DNA of 64,000 bases from Convolutriloba macropyga (taxonomy: Eukaryota), in NCBI RefSeq assembly GCF_964194025.1, contig NC_134471.1:41292001-41356000 (forward strand), read 5' to 3'. The position numbers and the translations under genes are program-made. How positions within the stretch are numbered: position 1 is the stretch's first letter; each line of letters starts with the position of its first letter. The notes beneath the pieces were generated by a model. The model did no database searches. It saw only the letters and a list, made by a program, of their open reading frames with translations, and was not told where the DNA came from. Below are positions 11,202-24,900 of the stretch, one piece after another.

Positions 11202-14200
11202 TTATCATTTATCCATTTATTGGAATCTATTCTGTTTCGGCCCCTAGTGTTTTTATGCTCCCAAGTACTATTTACGCATTTCTATATAGCAAGTTACCAA
11301 ACAGCAGCACGTGCTCCCCGGGGGCGTAAAAGTTTTATGCCCACTAAGCTGGGCGGGAACAGAATAGATCGTTTATTGTCTAGTTCCGATCATAACAGTT
11401 GCATAACTTATCGATGAAATGTCTTCTTCGACAAATATCACAACAATTTTTGAAAAATTTGCGAACTCTGATAATGGAATAGGGTAAATTTTTTTGTCAA
11501 CGTTGCTATATGACTGGCGAAAATGTAGACTATTCATCTACTCAATCGCGTAAGTTATGTAATTGTTTTAATCGCAACGAAAATTAATTGTGCATATTAC
11601 CGCACAGTTGATATCGCCATCAAACTCCGAGGCAAAGCCGAGAAAAGAGCGACGGAAAAATACAGTCTAGTCTAATCCCAAAGCATCGATTCGGCACTAT
11701 TTCAGCTTCTCGTTTATTCAGGCGCAAACATGTTATTTCATCGGTTAGTTGTTATGGCAACGAGAGTTGCTTCAAAAATATTACCACGCAATTAATAAGG
11801 TCACCTCGAATTTATTCAACGGGGTGTCGGGGCGTTTCAACAGGACGACGTTTTAAATGGACAACATCATGGACCGCAAATAATAATGCATGCAAAATTT
11901 CAACGTACGCTGATGATTCAGTCCTAGTTGACGTGCCGGTGGGCGCGCTCCGTCGCGATAACCCACCCGTTGCTTCCGGATGACATCCTAGAACGAGTCC
12001 TTGCTTAGTTCTGTCGTCTTCTGAATTTCTAACTAGGCTCAACAGTGAGGGGACTCTGTCGCCCAGAAGATCGATCAAAATAAAATAACCAACGGTTTTG
12101 AATTGGTGAAGCAAGCGTTAATTTGTTACTCTGCTATTTCCCCTCTTCCACTCTTGTATGCTGTTGCAAATTAGATTGCTTTGAAATAAGTCAATTCACA
12201 ATGGGGCTCGTAATATCAATTTTAGTTATATGGATAACAAATGTAAGACAATTACTTGCACATCAATGGAAAAGACAAATTCAAGACAATTTATAATAGT
12301 AATTACAATAATAATACCAATATCCGTGGTTCACTTCCCAAATGAACTAAATCAAAAACCGCTCACAGTATCCCAACTGGTCTTTTCCCAACTGGCAATT
12401 ACAAACTTCCAGAGTTCAGTCTCAATCTGAATCTCTTCCTTGCGTTTCAAACCATCTTTTAAAGTTTAGTCCCACTAAACCAACTGCTTTTTCTGACTTG
12501 AGCCAATCCAAACTTATGAAGTTCTCCCAAAATCTCCAAAGTCTCTCTCTCTCTCAAAATTTCTGTGTCACTTCAGTTTATACTCAACCAATACGCTCTT
12601 ATCTTAAGCAAACAAACTTTAATCTCTTAAGTAAACAATGCAACTTACACTTGCAATCTGTCACATTCCGTAGGGGGCATTGTTTGCTATGCAAACAAAA
12701 CAATATCAAATTATGCTCTGTCATTCAACCGCTACTTTTTCAACTTTCTCCTTATCTTAAGTACACGACCTTTGGACTCTTATGTAAACAAATCCACTCC
12801 ACTTTATCTCTTATTTGCACTTGGCATGTCAATCAGTGTTTGCTTAGTAAACATTGAACGTTACTCTGAAAATTGTTAAACCTCTATTTCCGCTATAAAA
12901 TTAATCAGCTGCACTCAATTCCTGTCAAAAATCACGCGTTGAATAAATAACTCAACTCTAAACCAAAGATCAATTGTAATTTCCAATTTTGAAACTATTT
13001 CAAGCAATTCACCAGTTGAAAAAACCGCCGAAAAGTCTAATATTCCTAAAAGCCTAAAAGTGTGACCTCTAGGGGTCGATCAGGGTTCATTCGTCCAAAA
13101 TGAAGGGTCAAGTTAATAAAACTATTTACTGTCACGGAAAGTTCTCTCATAGTTGCACCTACTCACAAAATTTCATGGCCTAACTCCTACTAGAACACGA
13201 GCAATGACCGCGCACACTTTTCATTAACCTCCAGGATGACCCCAAATTTCCAAACTTAATAACTTGCGAAGTAGTGCCCAAAACGTCCTCGGGTAAAGTT
13301 TTATAGTAACTAGAGGGTGCTACCAACTTGCCTGCCAAGTTTCATGACCAACGGATCAGCCGTTGCGAGTCGTTTGAAATTTGAACATTTTTAACGAGTC
13401 GTTGGTGCGAAAACCCGAAAAATCCGAGTGCGTCAAAATTGACCGCGGTGGTTATTTTTTGTAACTAACTGTCTCAGGTTATCATATTAATACTATTTCA
13501 AAGTCGTTCGCCCGCTCAAAAATCCCATTTCCCGTTTTCGGCACTCGGGTCGTCCCGCAGCACCGACTTCCGGTCGGAATCTGGGGCTAAAAATATCACC
13601 AATCGAAAGCCGCTGAAAAGTTACACTAACCCTCCAAAAATCATAGGGCTACTACCAATAATCAACGAGCAATTCAAATTTTACGTTCTGCAGCACGGGC
13701 GTGCGCTAGTTCCGTGCAGGTTGGTCTGGTTGCAAATCGGACATCAAAATCGGTTTCCTCATACCCAAATTAGTATATCCCCCAATTTTCAGGTCAATCC
13801 AACTTCAAATTTTCGAAAAAATACTATTTCAATTTCAGTGTTAACTATTTTGAGTGAAAACTGCCTATTCTTATTTCAAAATGCTAATAAATTTCTCCCA
13901 CAACTTCCTAAACCCTTCCCAAGATCATGCAAAAACCCTAACTCAGTGCAGGACATTACAACTGATTAATCCCATTATTTCTGACTCAAACATTCATATT
14001 TCACAGTAAAATACCTAAAAACCTTCAAATCACACTACTTCCGGTGCTAATAGCTCGGGGTTGTGTGGTCAGATCGGCCCAAAAGGTATACTAGCCTGAG
14101 AGGACAATTGGGTGTACATGCCATTAAAATTTGGTAAACGTCCGCTAAATATAACCTCCTTGGGGGGGGGGGGGGAAGATCCGCTTGGTGGTATTTCAAG

Positions 14201-14944
14201 AAACTGATAGATTGCCTTTTTATTTACTCTAAATCAACAAAACTCTACATAATAAACTCAGATCAAAAAGGTGTAACCGGCCGCGCATCCGTATTATATA
14301 TGGACAATCATCAGGGGAACATCCCCACAAATTTTTAAATTCCAATGATGAACATAACTTACAGAGTTGAGTGTACCAAGTTTGGAGTTGCCATTGATTT
14401 TGCAAACTTGAAATCACACTTTAATTTGGTTCAAATTGAAATTCCAATTCTGTTCAAACTATCTAGTTCACTTCAAATCATCGCTCTCTAGTTTTCTTCT
14501 AAATTTAAATCACTCATTTGGACTTTGGCCTGATGCACAAATACAACTTTGCTAAGTAACCGAAATATATCGACAGCTCAATATGCTTTTGTTCATCAAT
14601 TTGTTTGTTTAAGATATATCACTCAACTCCCCTCTCTGGCGCCTTCGAAACAATAACCCTTCAAGAAAGAATGCTTACTTCAAACACCTAATTAACTTGT
14701 CTAAGTTGACCTAAATTATTTGACTTACAATATCTGGTTACAACAATTCCATGCATCCTTCAAGTTCTCATTATTTTAGTCATTATGGATGCTTGTGGCT
14801 ACATTATGAATAAAATAGTCAAACTGTAGCGAGGCCTAATATTTAGAATATGCGATTGTCGTCCAATTGAAAGAAAATTTAGTGTCATCTATTTTATTTG
14901 TCGTCCTGTTGATTGGCCCTCACTCTGCGTGGCTTTGGAGTTTG

Positions 14945-15118
14945 CCCAGGTTTGGTTGCGCGACCCTAGATCGCTCTGATCAGACTATTTGGGTCGCACA
15001 CCGGTGGCGTGGTGCGACCCAAAATACATGGTCTGGGTCGCACGATTGTCTGATCAGAGGGCAAAGTCTGGGAAACGGTCTGATCAGAGCGGTCTAGGGT
15101 CGCGCGCCTAAACCTGGG
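14945..15118. mobile_element. MITE-like element with ~40-bp imperfect terminal inverted repeats
   Basis: CCCAGGTTTGGTTGCGCGACCCTAGATCGCTCTGATCAGAC ... GTCTGATCAGAGCGGTCTAGGGTCGCGCGCCTAAACCTGGG. Confidence 0.7.
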
Positions 15119-15783
15119 TGATTAATTTTCGACCGCGATTCCATGTGGAACTACTCCGCGGTAATATTCATTAAAATAAATTGTGAGATGCTTAGTGTTT
15201 GTAATGACTATGATTATTTCTAAGCACCTGTCAAATCAAGTTATAATGGTTCATTTCAATAAATGTTGGACTGAGGGAATCAGTTTATACAGTGCAAAAC
15301 ATTAAATACTTTAGACTGTTCCGAGTTGAAAAACAAGATTCAAGAAAACCCCGATCTGCAAATGAACATCAATGCGTGCCATCATATCTTTTTCTAATTC
15401 ACTTCATTGGATCTTTTCCTTTTTGTTCATTGGATCTTTTCATTGGACCCCCCCCCCAGCTTAGTAGGTGCATATTATTTTTGAGTCCCAAATCTCTATT
15501 AACACAATGATGTGCTATGCTATGACATTCAATTTATAACGGGGCTGTATAGCGGTGGGGGGGGCTTCATTTCCTCCGTATTATCCATGTCATTTATTTA
15601 AAACTTGAGCCTTCAATGCCTCTACGCATACGCAATGGTTTTGAAACACCTTCTTGCGTATCAACTTTACGGGACAGTCGGTAAACGTGTATAACATTTC
15701 ATCAGTGCTCCTGTAAATTTTCAGTGATTAAACTAGCTTGCATTGATACAATAGTATTTGTCTTAAATCGATCGCCATTAACT

Positions 15784-15993
15784 TTACACTTCCGTGTGTC
15801 TGGCGTGTCTACTGGCACCTGGAGTCGTCCCCGGAAGAATCCTCTGGACTGCCCCACCTGTTGAAGGAGGTAGTGTTCCTCCCCCAATTCCAGTGTTGCC
15901 ATCCCATTTTGTCCACTGATTAGGGTTATCAACCTCAGGCCAGAACACTCCCTGTGATAAACAGTTTCCGTTCATAAGTTCGGAATAAAACTG
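15784..15993 (-). CDS. probable terminal exon of the iGluR (QFYSELMNG...RHTEV*)
   Basis: TTTCCAG|CAG acceptor; open phase-0 frame; GC-rich Gly/Thr-rich island; ends in class I PDZ motif T-E-V. Confidence 0.65.
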   Translation of the reverse strand, partial: QFYSELMNGNCLSQGVFWPEVDNPNQWTKWDGNTGIGGGTLPPSTGGAVQRILPGTTPGASRHARHTEV

Positions 15994-18900
15994 CTGGAAA
16001 TTTTGCGAGAAATGTAAACGTCAATAAAATTTTAAAAATTGACTCAATTAACGGTTGAACCATTTATTAAATGATATCTATCCACATCTTCCGGGTATTA
16101 AGGACCTGTAAGCGTACTCAAGCGTAGAAAAACTAGAGCTCTATTTTAAATCGGTCATACTATTTTCATGTCCTCCGGAAATTCGTGACACCAGAAACTG
16201 AAACGGCAGCAGAGAATAGTCGAGTGACTCTGGGATTGATGATTTCAGCTGTGTGGTTAAAAAAATTAAAGCGCGTCAGCGCCCTTGTAAAAATCAGAAA
16301 AACCAGCTAACATATCGATTGTCAAGTTAGAAAATCTTGTTTGTTCAGAACCATTCCGCTGGTAAAGCGCTTGTTTACGATACTCAATATATTCAATCGT
16401 ATAGCTTGACTTCTCTGTGTAAGATTGCCTATTGCGTGCTCCAGCAAGTTCTCGCGAGCAAGATCTTCTGCTTAGCCTCGCGCTCTTCTTGGGTTCTCAC
16501 AGGTTCCTGTGCCCCTCTTCCGCAAGGGGGCAACCTCGCGTCTGCTGTTGCTACTGTAAAAAGAGGAACAGGAGAGGTGCAGTTAATAGATTGTATTGGG
16601 TTCCGTTCTTGTGGAGAGGGTTGCTAGAGAGAGGGCAAAGTCCTATCCGTAGTTGATGCTCCAAAGAACCGCAAAAAAATGATCTTGAATTCTTCAGAGT
16701 CCACTTTTATCCTACTTTTCTGTATGCCTTAAATTTAGCCAAGCAAAAACATTGACGTCAGAACCTTGACGGGTTTGGAGCATGAACTTAGAATTACCAG
16801 ACCTTTATTTTGTTCATGCATACAAAGTTTAATCAGAAGCACACACGCCCATCTTTCCAGTGAACTCCTTTTTAATAAATTGCACATGTTTTCAATGAAA
16901 GGTATGAAATTGGTATTCCTTTAAAATGGTAATATAATTTCTTTTAAGCTGCTATCAACCACAATGAGCATCGTTTCATTGCTAATTTCTTTTTTACTAA
17001 ACTCAACCTGGTGCATTTCCTAGTCTGAATTTGTTCTTATAATTCAATTGATTTATCAAATTTGACAATTTGTTTGAGCTTGGATCAATTATTAATGGAG
17101 ACAATCAGCGGTGGAAGAAATCAGTAAGGTCAGTAGGTCAGTAAAAAAAACAGAAATTAAAAGACAAAATTAGATTGCATTTAATTTTAATTTGTTCATA
17201 TACATTTTTACGTGATTTAATATTGTAACTTAATCCTTTAGTCGAGCGGCTAGCGCTTGACTTAGACGTATTTCTTTTAATATCAGAATTTGAGGTTATA
17301 TAACAATTAACTTAGTCCTAAGTTGCGTCTATCTTTCTTCCCTACACTCAGTCGTTTTACCTAAAATGTCTGAAACAAGTGTGTGACACATCACGCGCAG
17401 GGTATTGACCTGATGTTCAAACTGGGATAAAAATCTTCCAAGGATGCGGGTTGATATCGGTAGGATTTCGTTTTTCAAAGACTGCAGATAAATTAGTTTA
17501 AGTAAAGGCCATTTATTTCTATCTGAAAACAAATATGGTCTACTTTGTAGATTTCACCAAATTTATCTGGAATGACAAGTGCAAAAGAAACACTTGCTCT
17601 CACCATTATTGACTTCAACTTCAGTTCTGCTCTTCATGCTATTTTTAAAACATTTTGACAAGTGAAAAGGTCTCAAAGTGGATTCTGACAAAAAACAGCA
17701 ACCGCTAAGTACAGCGGACATAAAGGTACAAGTGTAGCTGTTTCTCTCGCAAACCTATAACATTCTTTCAAACAGTCAAACTTTTTTCTATTTGAAGCTT
17801 TTCGAAATATTTTCTGTTTCTTAGCTTAAAATTTTGGTATTCCAGAAAGTCGTTGCCGAAGTCCTTGGAGGAATATTGGCAACCTTAAAAAAAACACTCA
17901 AGTGGATGGCTGTGTTACGTGACAATTGTTCTTTCCAAGCTCATGGGTTGTCTTTAGCTTTAAGTAAACTCACACAATCTTTACCAATAACCGCTATTCG
18001 GGGATCAGCAACAATGTTATCAGCTTGATCTCCCCAGTTGACCATTTTAAATTTTAAATACTCGTCAGAACAGAAGGTTATTTGCTTGATTAATTGTAAA
18101 CTAATGATTAGGGATATTGACAACTTCTACAAATATAGCTGTCAGATTGCCAGAAAATAGCTGCAATAGATTCGTGGATCGGCAGTCTAAAAAAACGGTA
18201 AAAAAGACAGACCAAAAAAATTTGTCTTCGCATTGAAGGCTGATCTGTTATAATTTGACTAAAACTCTGTATAAGTTATTGCTGCCTCTATTAGCTGATC
18301 TTAAATAACCTTCATTTAGAGTGACACACACCCATTTGACCTTATCTCTTTGAATTAAAGTTAGAAAAGTCAAATTCAAATTGAGGAAGTCATTTTTGAG
18401 AGTGAGGTAAGTCAAGTGTGACCAAAAATTTAATCACGCGCATGAACAAAAAACTCGCTCCACTAAGTGCGAAAAATGACGTCAAACATGCAACTCAGTT
18501 GAAATTTCATGAACGAATGAACAAAAAGTGGCTGTGACGTCATATGGTCATAACAAAAATCATGACGACGAAATAAAAAAACATAGCAGGACAAGTCCTG
18601 ACGTACAATTCTAAGAATTTTCATTGACTAAACAAAAAACTAGACCTGGAATGAAATATGAATGGATTGGGAAAACCATTTAGAAAAAAACCGATCCAAA
18701 AAATTGAAAAAACAGTAAAAATCAAAGTGAAATTGCCGAATGTGAACAAAAAACCACTAGCGAGAAAGCGAATTTTTGTTCAATCGCTGTTTACTCACTC
18801 TACTTTAAATTTAGAGCGGAAAAAAATTCAAGCCGCAAAACCAATCGCTTTTTCGCTCCATTTCCTGTTTCGGCGTGACCAAAATCACTCCTCCAATTTG

Positions 18901-21900
18901 ACTTCAAAAATCATGAAAATGTGTGAACAGATCTTAAAAAAAAGACAGCGCCCCATTACAATTCAAATTCTTTGAATTGTAAAAAAAACCAAGTGAAGGC
19001 CAATAATAGCCCCAACTATCGCTGTGCGGCTATTAAAAACGTTCTCTCACCCAATGAGCGGGTAGTAAAACACAACAGACGGAAATCAGAAACAGACGAT
19101 AGATACACTCATCGTGAACTAATAATTCGTAGTGAACTCAATCGCATGTAAGGTCAAAATACAACATCGTTGGGCTGTCTCAGAAGTCATAAAACTCTCT
19201 GATAACCAAGCTGATCTTTACAATAAGTTTTATTCCTGACATTGAAAGATCTGAGTTTGGACCAGATATCCAGAGGCAGGTTGACTTAAGGATTTAATCA
19301 AACAGGTTGATTTAAGCTAACACTGAGCCGACCGAGATCGCACTTGCGTTTTCGGGAATAAATGCGAATTAATTTTTCTATATCTCACCTAGTGCTCACC
19401 TTCGGCTATTATCAAACAATTTAAACACTTCGGCATTTTTGCTTATCCACATCACACACACTGGACCCATTAGTATCCAATTTTTACGAAACACTTGTTT
19501 TAGGCACAAATCAACGTGTTAGGGTGTAACTTACTGTTTACACCAATAAAGATATTGAGACAAAAAAACAATTGGCCAAATCTTGGATTACACCATAATA
19601 ATCTTGTTTTCTTTTGAATTAGATTAATAAGTTTTTTTGATGTTTTATTTTTATTGCGATGAAAAACTAAAATTTAATAAAAAATGACTTTTGTTCGCCC
19701 ATGTAATAGGATAGGGTATATACTAAACGTGATACCCCACGCAAACGTTAGGGTTGTTGCAACCAAATTTAGATCGTCTAGGTTTTGTCCATAACCAGGC
19801 AACAAACGTTTTGTCATCTTTTATTCTCTTTGACATACGTGGAGAAAACTGTAAATTTGAAAATTTAGAAACTTTTTTTTGGCACAATTTTTACTTTAAA
19901 CTTTTTTTTCTTAAAAGCAGTGTATTATGGAACAATAAGCAGTGTATTTTCTGAGTTTTCCATGTTTACTAGTTTAACTAAATGTTCAACAAGAAATACT
20001 AAACTACGTGAGTACCTGCAATCTTTTGTATAATTCCAAGCAGTGTATTTTGGTAGTTTCACAGAAGGTCAATCAATTACAAAAAACTATTGACTATGTC
20101 GAACAGCAACATTGCAGTTAACAATCGTGATAGATAAAGAGACATCACAAACATTAATTATACTTATTAAAATGAATAAACAAAAAATACGTTTCTTGCG
20201 TTCATTTAATAAAATCACCAAAAGTTGAATTGACGCGATGATACTTTATTAAAACTACAATTTTTATAGTTGGCAGCAAACTGTTCGAAGAAAAAATCTT
20301 TCAGATTTCTTTTAAAAGTCGCATAATTACATGGGTAGGATTAAAAAAACTTTTTAAGCAACTTGTTGAAAACTTTTTACAAGTTTTAATAATAATAAAG
20401 TTTTTCCGAAAACTTGAGAAATAAAATTTTTCCCAATCTTTGATGGTTATAACAGTCAGAATTAGGTAGCGAGATTCCATTTGACTTGGATCCAATTGAA
20501 TGCTTGTTTTTGATTAGTATTTAAGACAAAGAGAAAACAATCTAGTCTGTTTGTCGATCAAGGAGCAAACATGTAGCATTTTTCCTGGAGATTAATATAT
20601 GTAAATGATTCGAATTTTGAACGAAGATAACGCGCTTTTTAAAAATCAGCTTAAATGTTTTTCTGAGGTAACTTTTAGTTCTCGAATGTGCAGTGGTTGA
20701 GTTTAATTTGAGTATGACTGCGGTCGGTGGATGACTATAATGATTGCGGTTGATGTCGTTTATAGCAGCACCCAAGACCTCAATGCCACCATTTAAGTTT
20801 GTTTTCACCTCTGCATTAACAAGGAGCTATTTTTTGGATTTTTTCCCTTGCCCCTTTAATGAAGGGCCTCTCTATGACAAGCCTCAAATCAATATATCAA
20901 GCTCTTCTTTGATATATATTTCCATGAAAGCAACGAATTCTTTGTCTAAATAAGTTCCAGCGAAAATACTTAGTCCTATATTGTTGGCCCTAAATCATTA
21001 GTTTTAGCTAAAATAATAAATTGAAATAATCTCTGATGGATTCATGTTGAATGACTGACGTCAAAAATCAGCTATCATAGACAGACCTGGTCCAGTGCGT
21101 ATGTGAGACCAGCCGAGAGTAATGGACCACTGTCGCCGGAATTAGCCCTACTAGAGCCATTGTTGTTATTGTTGCTAATGGCTGTACAAGGATCGTTGGC
21201 GGAGGGTATTACAATTCCACCGTAGGAGAGCCTCCGGGTGGGGCCAGGGGTGGAAGATGAGCCCATTCTTTGGTTGGTTCCGGGAATATCGGTTGCATCT
21301 GTGGAACCTCGCATCTAAAGGATAATAATTTCCATCAGCTACGCTACAAATTACCCAATTACGTCTAACCCAATACCATTATACCCAGCCTACTATTTTA
21401 CCAAATGATATTATACCCAAAGCCATATTACCCAATTACAACTTACCCAATGCCCTTTCATGTTTTCCGTTCAATAATCCGATAACAAATTAGCAGTGGC
21501 TATTACCAGGATGTTTTAACATACTTAAGCGGATGATTTAATCCCATGTTCGGTTGTGATAGTTTCATATCGAGTCGCACGGGCCGCTGAGGCATGTCCA
21601 TGGCTCTCCGATATTATTCTGCTAAATAGTCGTTCTGGTAAATGTCGTGGTCGATAACACGTGTCATAGAATTCAATTATTTAAATTTTCAATTAAAATT
21701 GGAACTGAAAATAAACAATTAAAGCACAAGTGTGGCGCTTTTTTGAAGAAATTTTACTCGAACCAATATAAATAGTCTGACCATTTTTTTCATATTTTAG
21801 ACATCAAATTTTGCGAGAAAGAGCCAAAATATCATACCGCAATGCCAGAAATGAGCCGGGTAGCTTCGTCACTCGCATTGTTGTTACTAGTCAACCCTGA

Positions 21901-24900
21901 ATAAACATTAGGGCCTTGCTGGTACTGCCCGGTGTTTGCGGCACCCGAGTGGTAGATGTTTGGATTAGTGGACGGGATTCCTCTCTGTTTTGTCAATCCC
22001 CATTCGCCCTGTAGAAGCCCCGATGAAGATAGTGGCCCTCCTCCTGTCCCTCCTGCCCCTGAGAAGAGGGACTCATGACTCCCGTGCGACCTCAGTCCCC
22101 CAGGTCCACCACTGCTACCTAAAATACACTTTACCATGCAAATTCAACAAAAAATAAGCGTTCGTCGACAACAAACTTTTAAATAATGGTATTAAAACTA
22201 AATGTAACTCAACTTGATTTCACACAGCTTGACTCATCTTTTTGGCCATAAAATTTAAATTCCAAATCCTGTATTCGAACAAGGAACAACCGAAAGCGTT
22301 TAATTTGCATTTGAATATTTTCGGCGATTCATCAGCATTCCAGAGTTCCTTTTAGAAATTCGGGAGAAGTCATTTCTTTTCCAAATGTCGAACAACTAAA
22401 TTAGAAGAATGTCTATCAAGATAAGAGCCGAGGACCCATGACCATATTGTATGCGAAATAACACTTTTAGATCAAAACAAGAATTAATGTTTTATCGTTG
22501 TTTTCCACTTAAACAAGTGTATTTATCCTAAAGTATGCTTCTCTAACATTCATTACTCACGAAGCTAGATATAAGGAGATGTTAATCAGCAATCAGTCTT
22601 CTAAAACCGCAAATGGTACAAGCCGATTATTTGCCAATTAGTTTTCCTTTCATTCTAGAACAGTTAAAAGTTTCATTACTTTGAAAGTTGGGCTTAATGG
22701 TTATTAGACTTCAATTTCGCTGTTAAAGAAAATCAACAATAAAGTTAGGCTCGATCACTAATTTTGAAACTTGATCAAGCAAGAAGTCATTATTTCATAC
22801 TTTTTCAAGCGTCCCACTTTTTTCAAGATTTTACGTTTCATATCACACTAGACTTTGAACTTAATCAGTTTTTCGCTCACTTTTCACATTTGTCTTGAAG
22901 AGTTCAACCTTACGAAATCGTATAAAATGAGCGCGCAACTGAGCAAGCTTCTTCGAATTTTTTTCTCATGATACAAAGCATACAATTTTCCAAGATATAT
23001 AAAGGGGATAATTGAAAACAGGAAACAGTCACAAAATATAACAACTTCGGCAAAGAGGACTTTTTTAAGGTCTATAATTGAGTCAATATAAAAAAAAAAT
23101 TTTATAAATTGCTCATTTTTCTAAAAACCATAAACAGTGACAATGAGGGTGACACATCAGAGCCGGCTGACGACCTCTGCAATCCATTCGCTCCTACCAA
23201 AATATAAAGGAATTCAGAAAAAAAATATATTATTTGGGTTGAACGATTATTCAATTGTTGGATTGATTCGCTGCAAGAGAATTGCAATGTTACTATAAAT
23301 TTTAATTGAATTCTCTCTTTGAGTTTTGAACAGCAAATGTGGGTTCCAAATAAGTTAGAGTATAGTTCTGGGAAGCCTTCGGAAATTCGAGCTCAGCCTC
23401 GGGCGCAAGTGTCTTCGGCTTTGAGCTCTAATTGCCTTAGGCTTCCCAGAACTATACTCTAACACATACCCAATGCAGTTTTCGGTTGTACATTTAGCCC
23501 CCAATTTTGATGCTAATTGAATGCAATAATAGAGCTGAGCTTCAGTCTTAAGCTAAAGCTTTTCTTGCTAGAAATCATAGTGCACGTTTCGTTCGTATTT
23601 TCATAATTGCTTTCACAGTGTATCAGACTTTCTTGCAATCTAATCTACAGCGTGGTATAAAATAAGCAAATTATCGGGAGTTAGCATTCAGATCGTTACA
23701 GTACTAAACCGTTACAACTGAATTCTATCCATTTTGTTAACAATAAGTACATTCAAAATCATGTATGCGCACACTGTTTTAAACTTGGCTCCTTTAAAAA
23801 AACTGACATTTACACAGCTCCTTTGCTGTGTTCAAGGCTTTCAGCGCTTGTAGAAACTGCGAAGGGTGAATTTTAAGTTCCGTCTTTAATTGTTATGTGT
23901 AGAAAAAAAATAAACATATCATGCTCAGATTGAACTGAATAGCTTAACAACGCATTCTGTGGAGTGCAAACACGCAACTGAAATTTTCGAACTGAAATTA
24001 TCGTTACGTTATACGTTATATATAAAACTAAAGTTGTGTCCTCATTTTGGATTATATTTTTGCTCTTTCGCGACTCGGCAGTTTTCAAGACACCACTATT
24101 AAAGACTCTGACACTAGCCTGTCCATTAGAATCAACTAAATCATGTGCAAACGCTTTTCACGTGAAACCGTTTACCACTTCAGTACTCAAAGTTCTTTTG
24201 CTTAAATTTTTTACCAATTAGTCTATTAAAAGAGTTTTTTAAGATTACTAATTCGTTTTTATTAGATGCCCAATAAACTGTTGAAATCTATAACAAGTAT
24301 TGCTGTTTTTCCTGTCGGTATCAACCCCCCCCCCCCCCGTGTGATATGATCACATAATGCGGGGTTTTGTTCACAATGACCGTCGAGTTGGGAGCGTTGA
24401 GTTCACAATCCACACAATCCACATTAGTGTCTAGCAAGACTTCGTGTTCAACAAAATTAAACGGAGCACCCCTGGCTGACAACATTGCAAGATGAAGGTG
24501 GTTTAAATGGACTGTTAGTGAGCACTTTGGGTCTTTCTTATAATAGTCCCACTCACGAATTTTTAACCCCCCCCCCCCCCCCCCGGTTATTATATAATTA
24601 CATTGAGTGGAGTGACAATTTAGATTTCTACAAAATGTCATGTAAAGTTTCCGCTCTTTCCTACGATCGAGGTCTTGTTGTTACGGGAACAGATTTGCTA
24701 GAAAAAATCTGTGATGGGCAACACGCTGAATTATCAGGAAAACGATGAGAACGTTAATTACTTTCGAATAAATACCATCTCTCACTGTTTTCGGAAACGA
24801 AACAGGTTTTTTTAACAAAGTCAGTGCCACGTTCGCTCACTCAAAAGCATTCTTCTTTAACGGGTTTTTCAACCAATACGTCCTTCATTTGAAATTACAG

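Noticed and set aside
11700-13960. Possible solo LTR or DNA-element remnant ending ACATTACA, with recurring AAATTTCA-type motifs
   Set aside because: No second copy, matching terminus or TSD found; likely repeat-derived but unclassifiable by eye
20540-20960. Stop-interrupted coding-like stretch on the minus strand
   Set aside because: No recognisable motif; needs a BLASTx search
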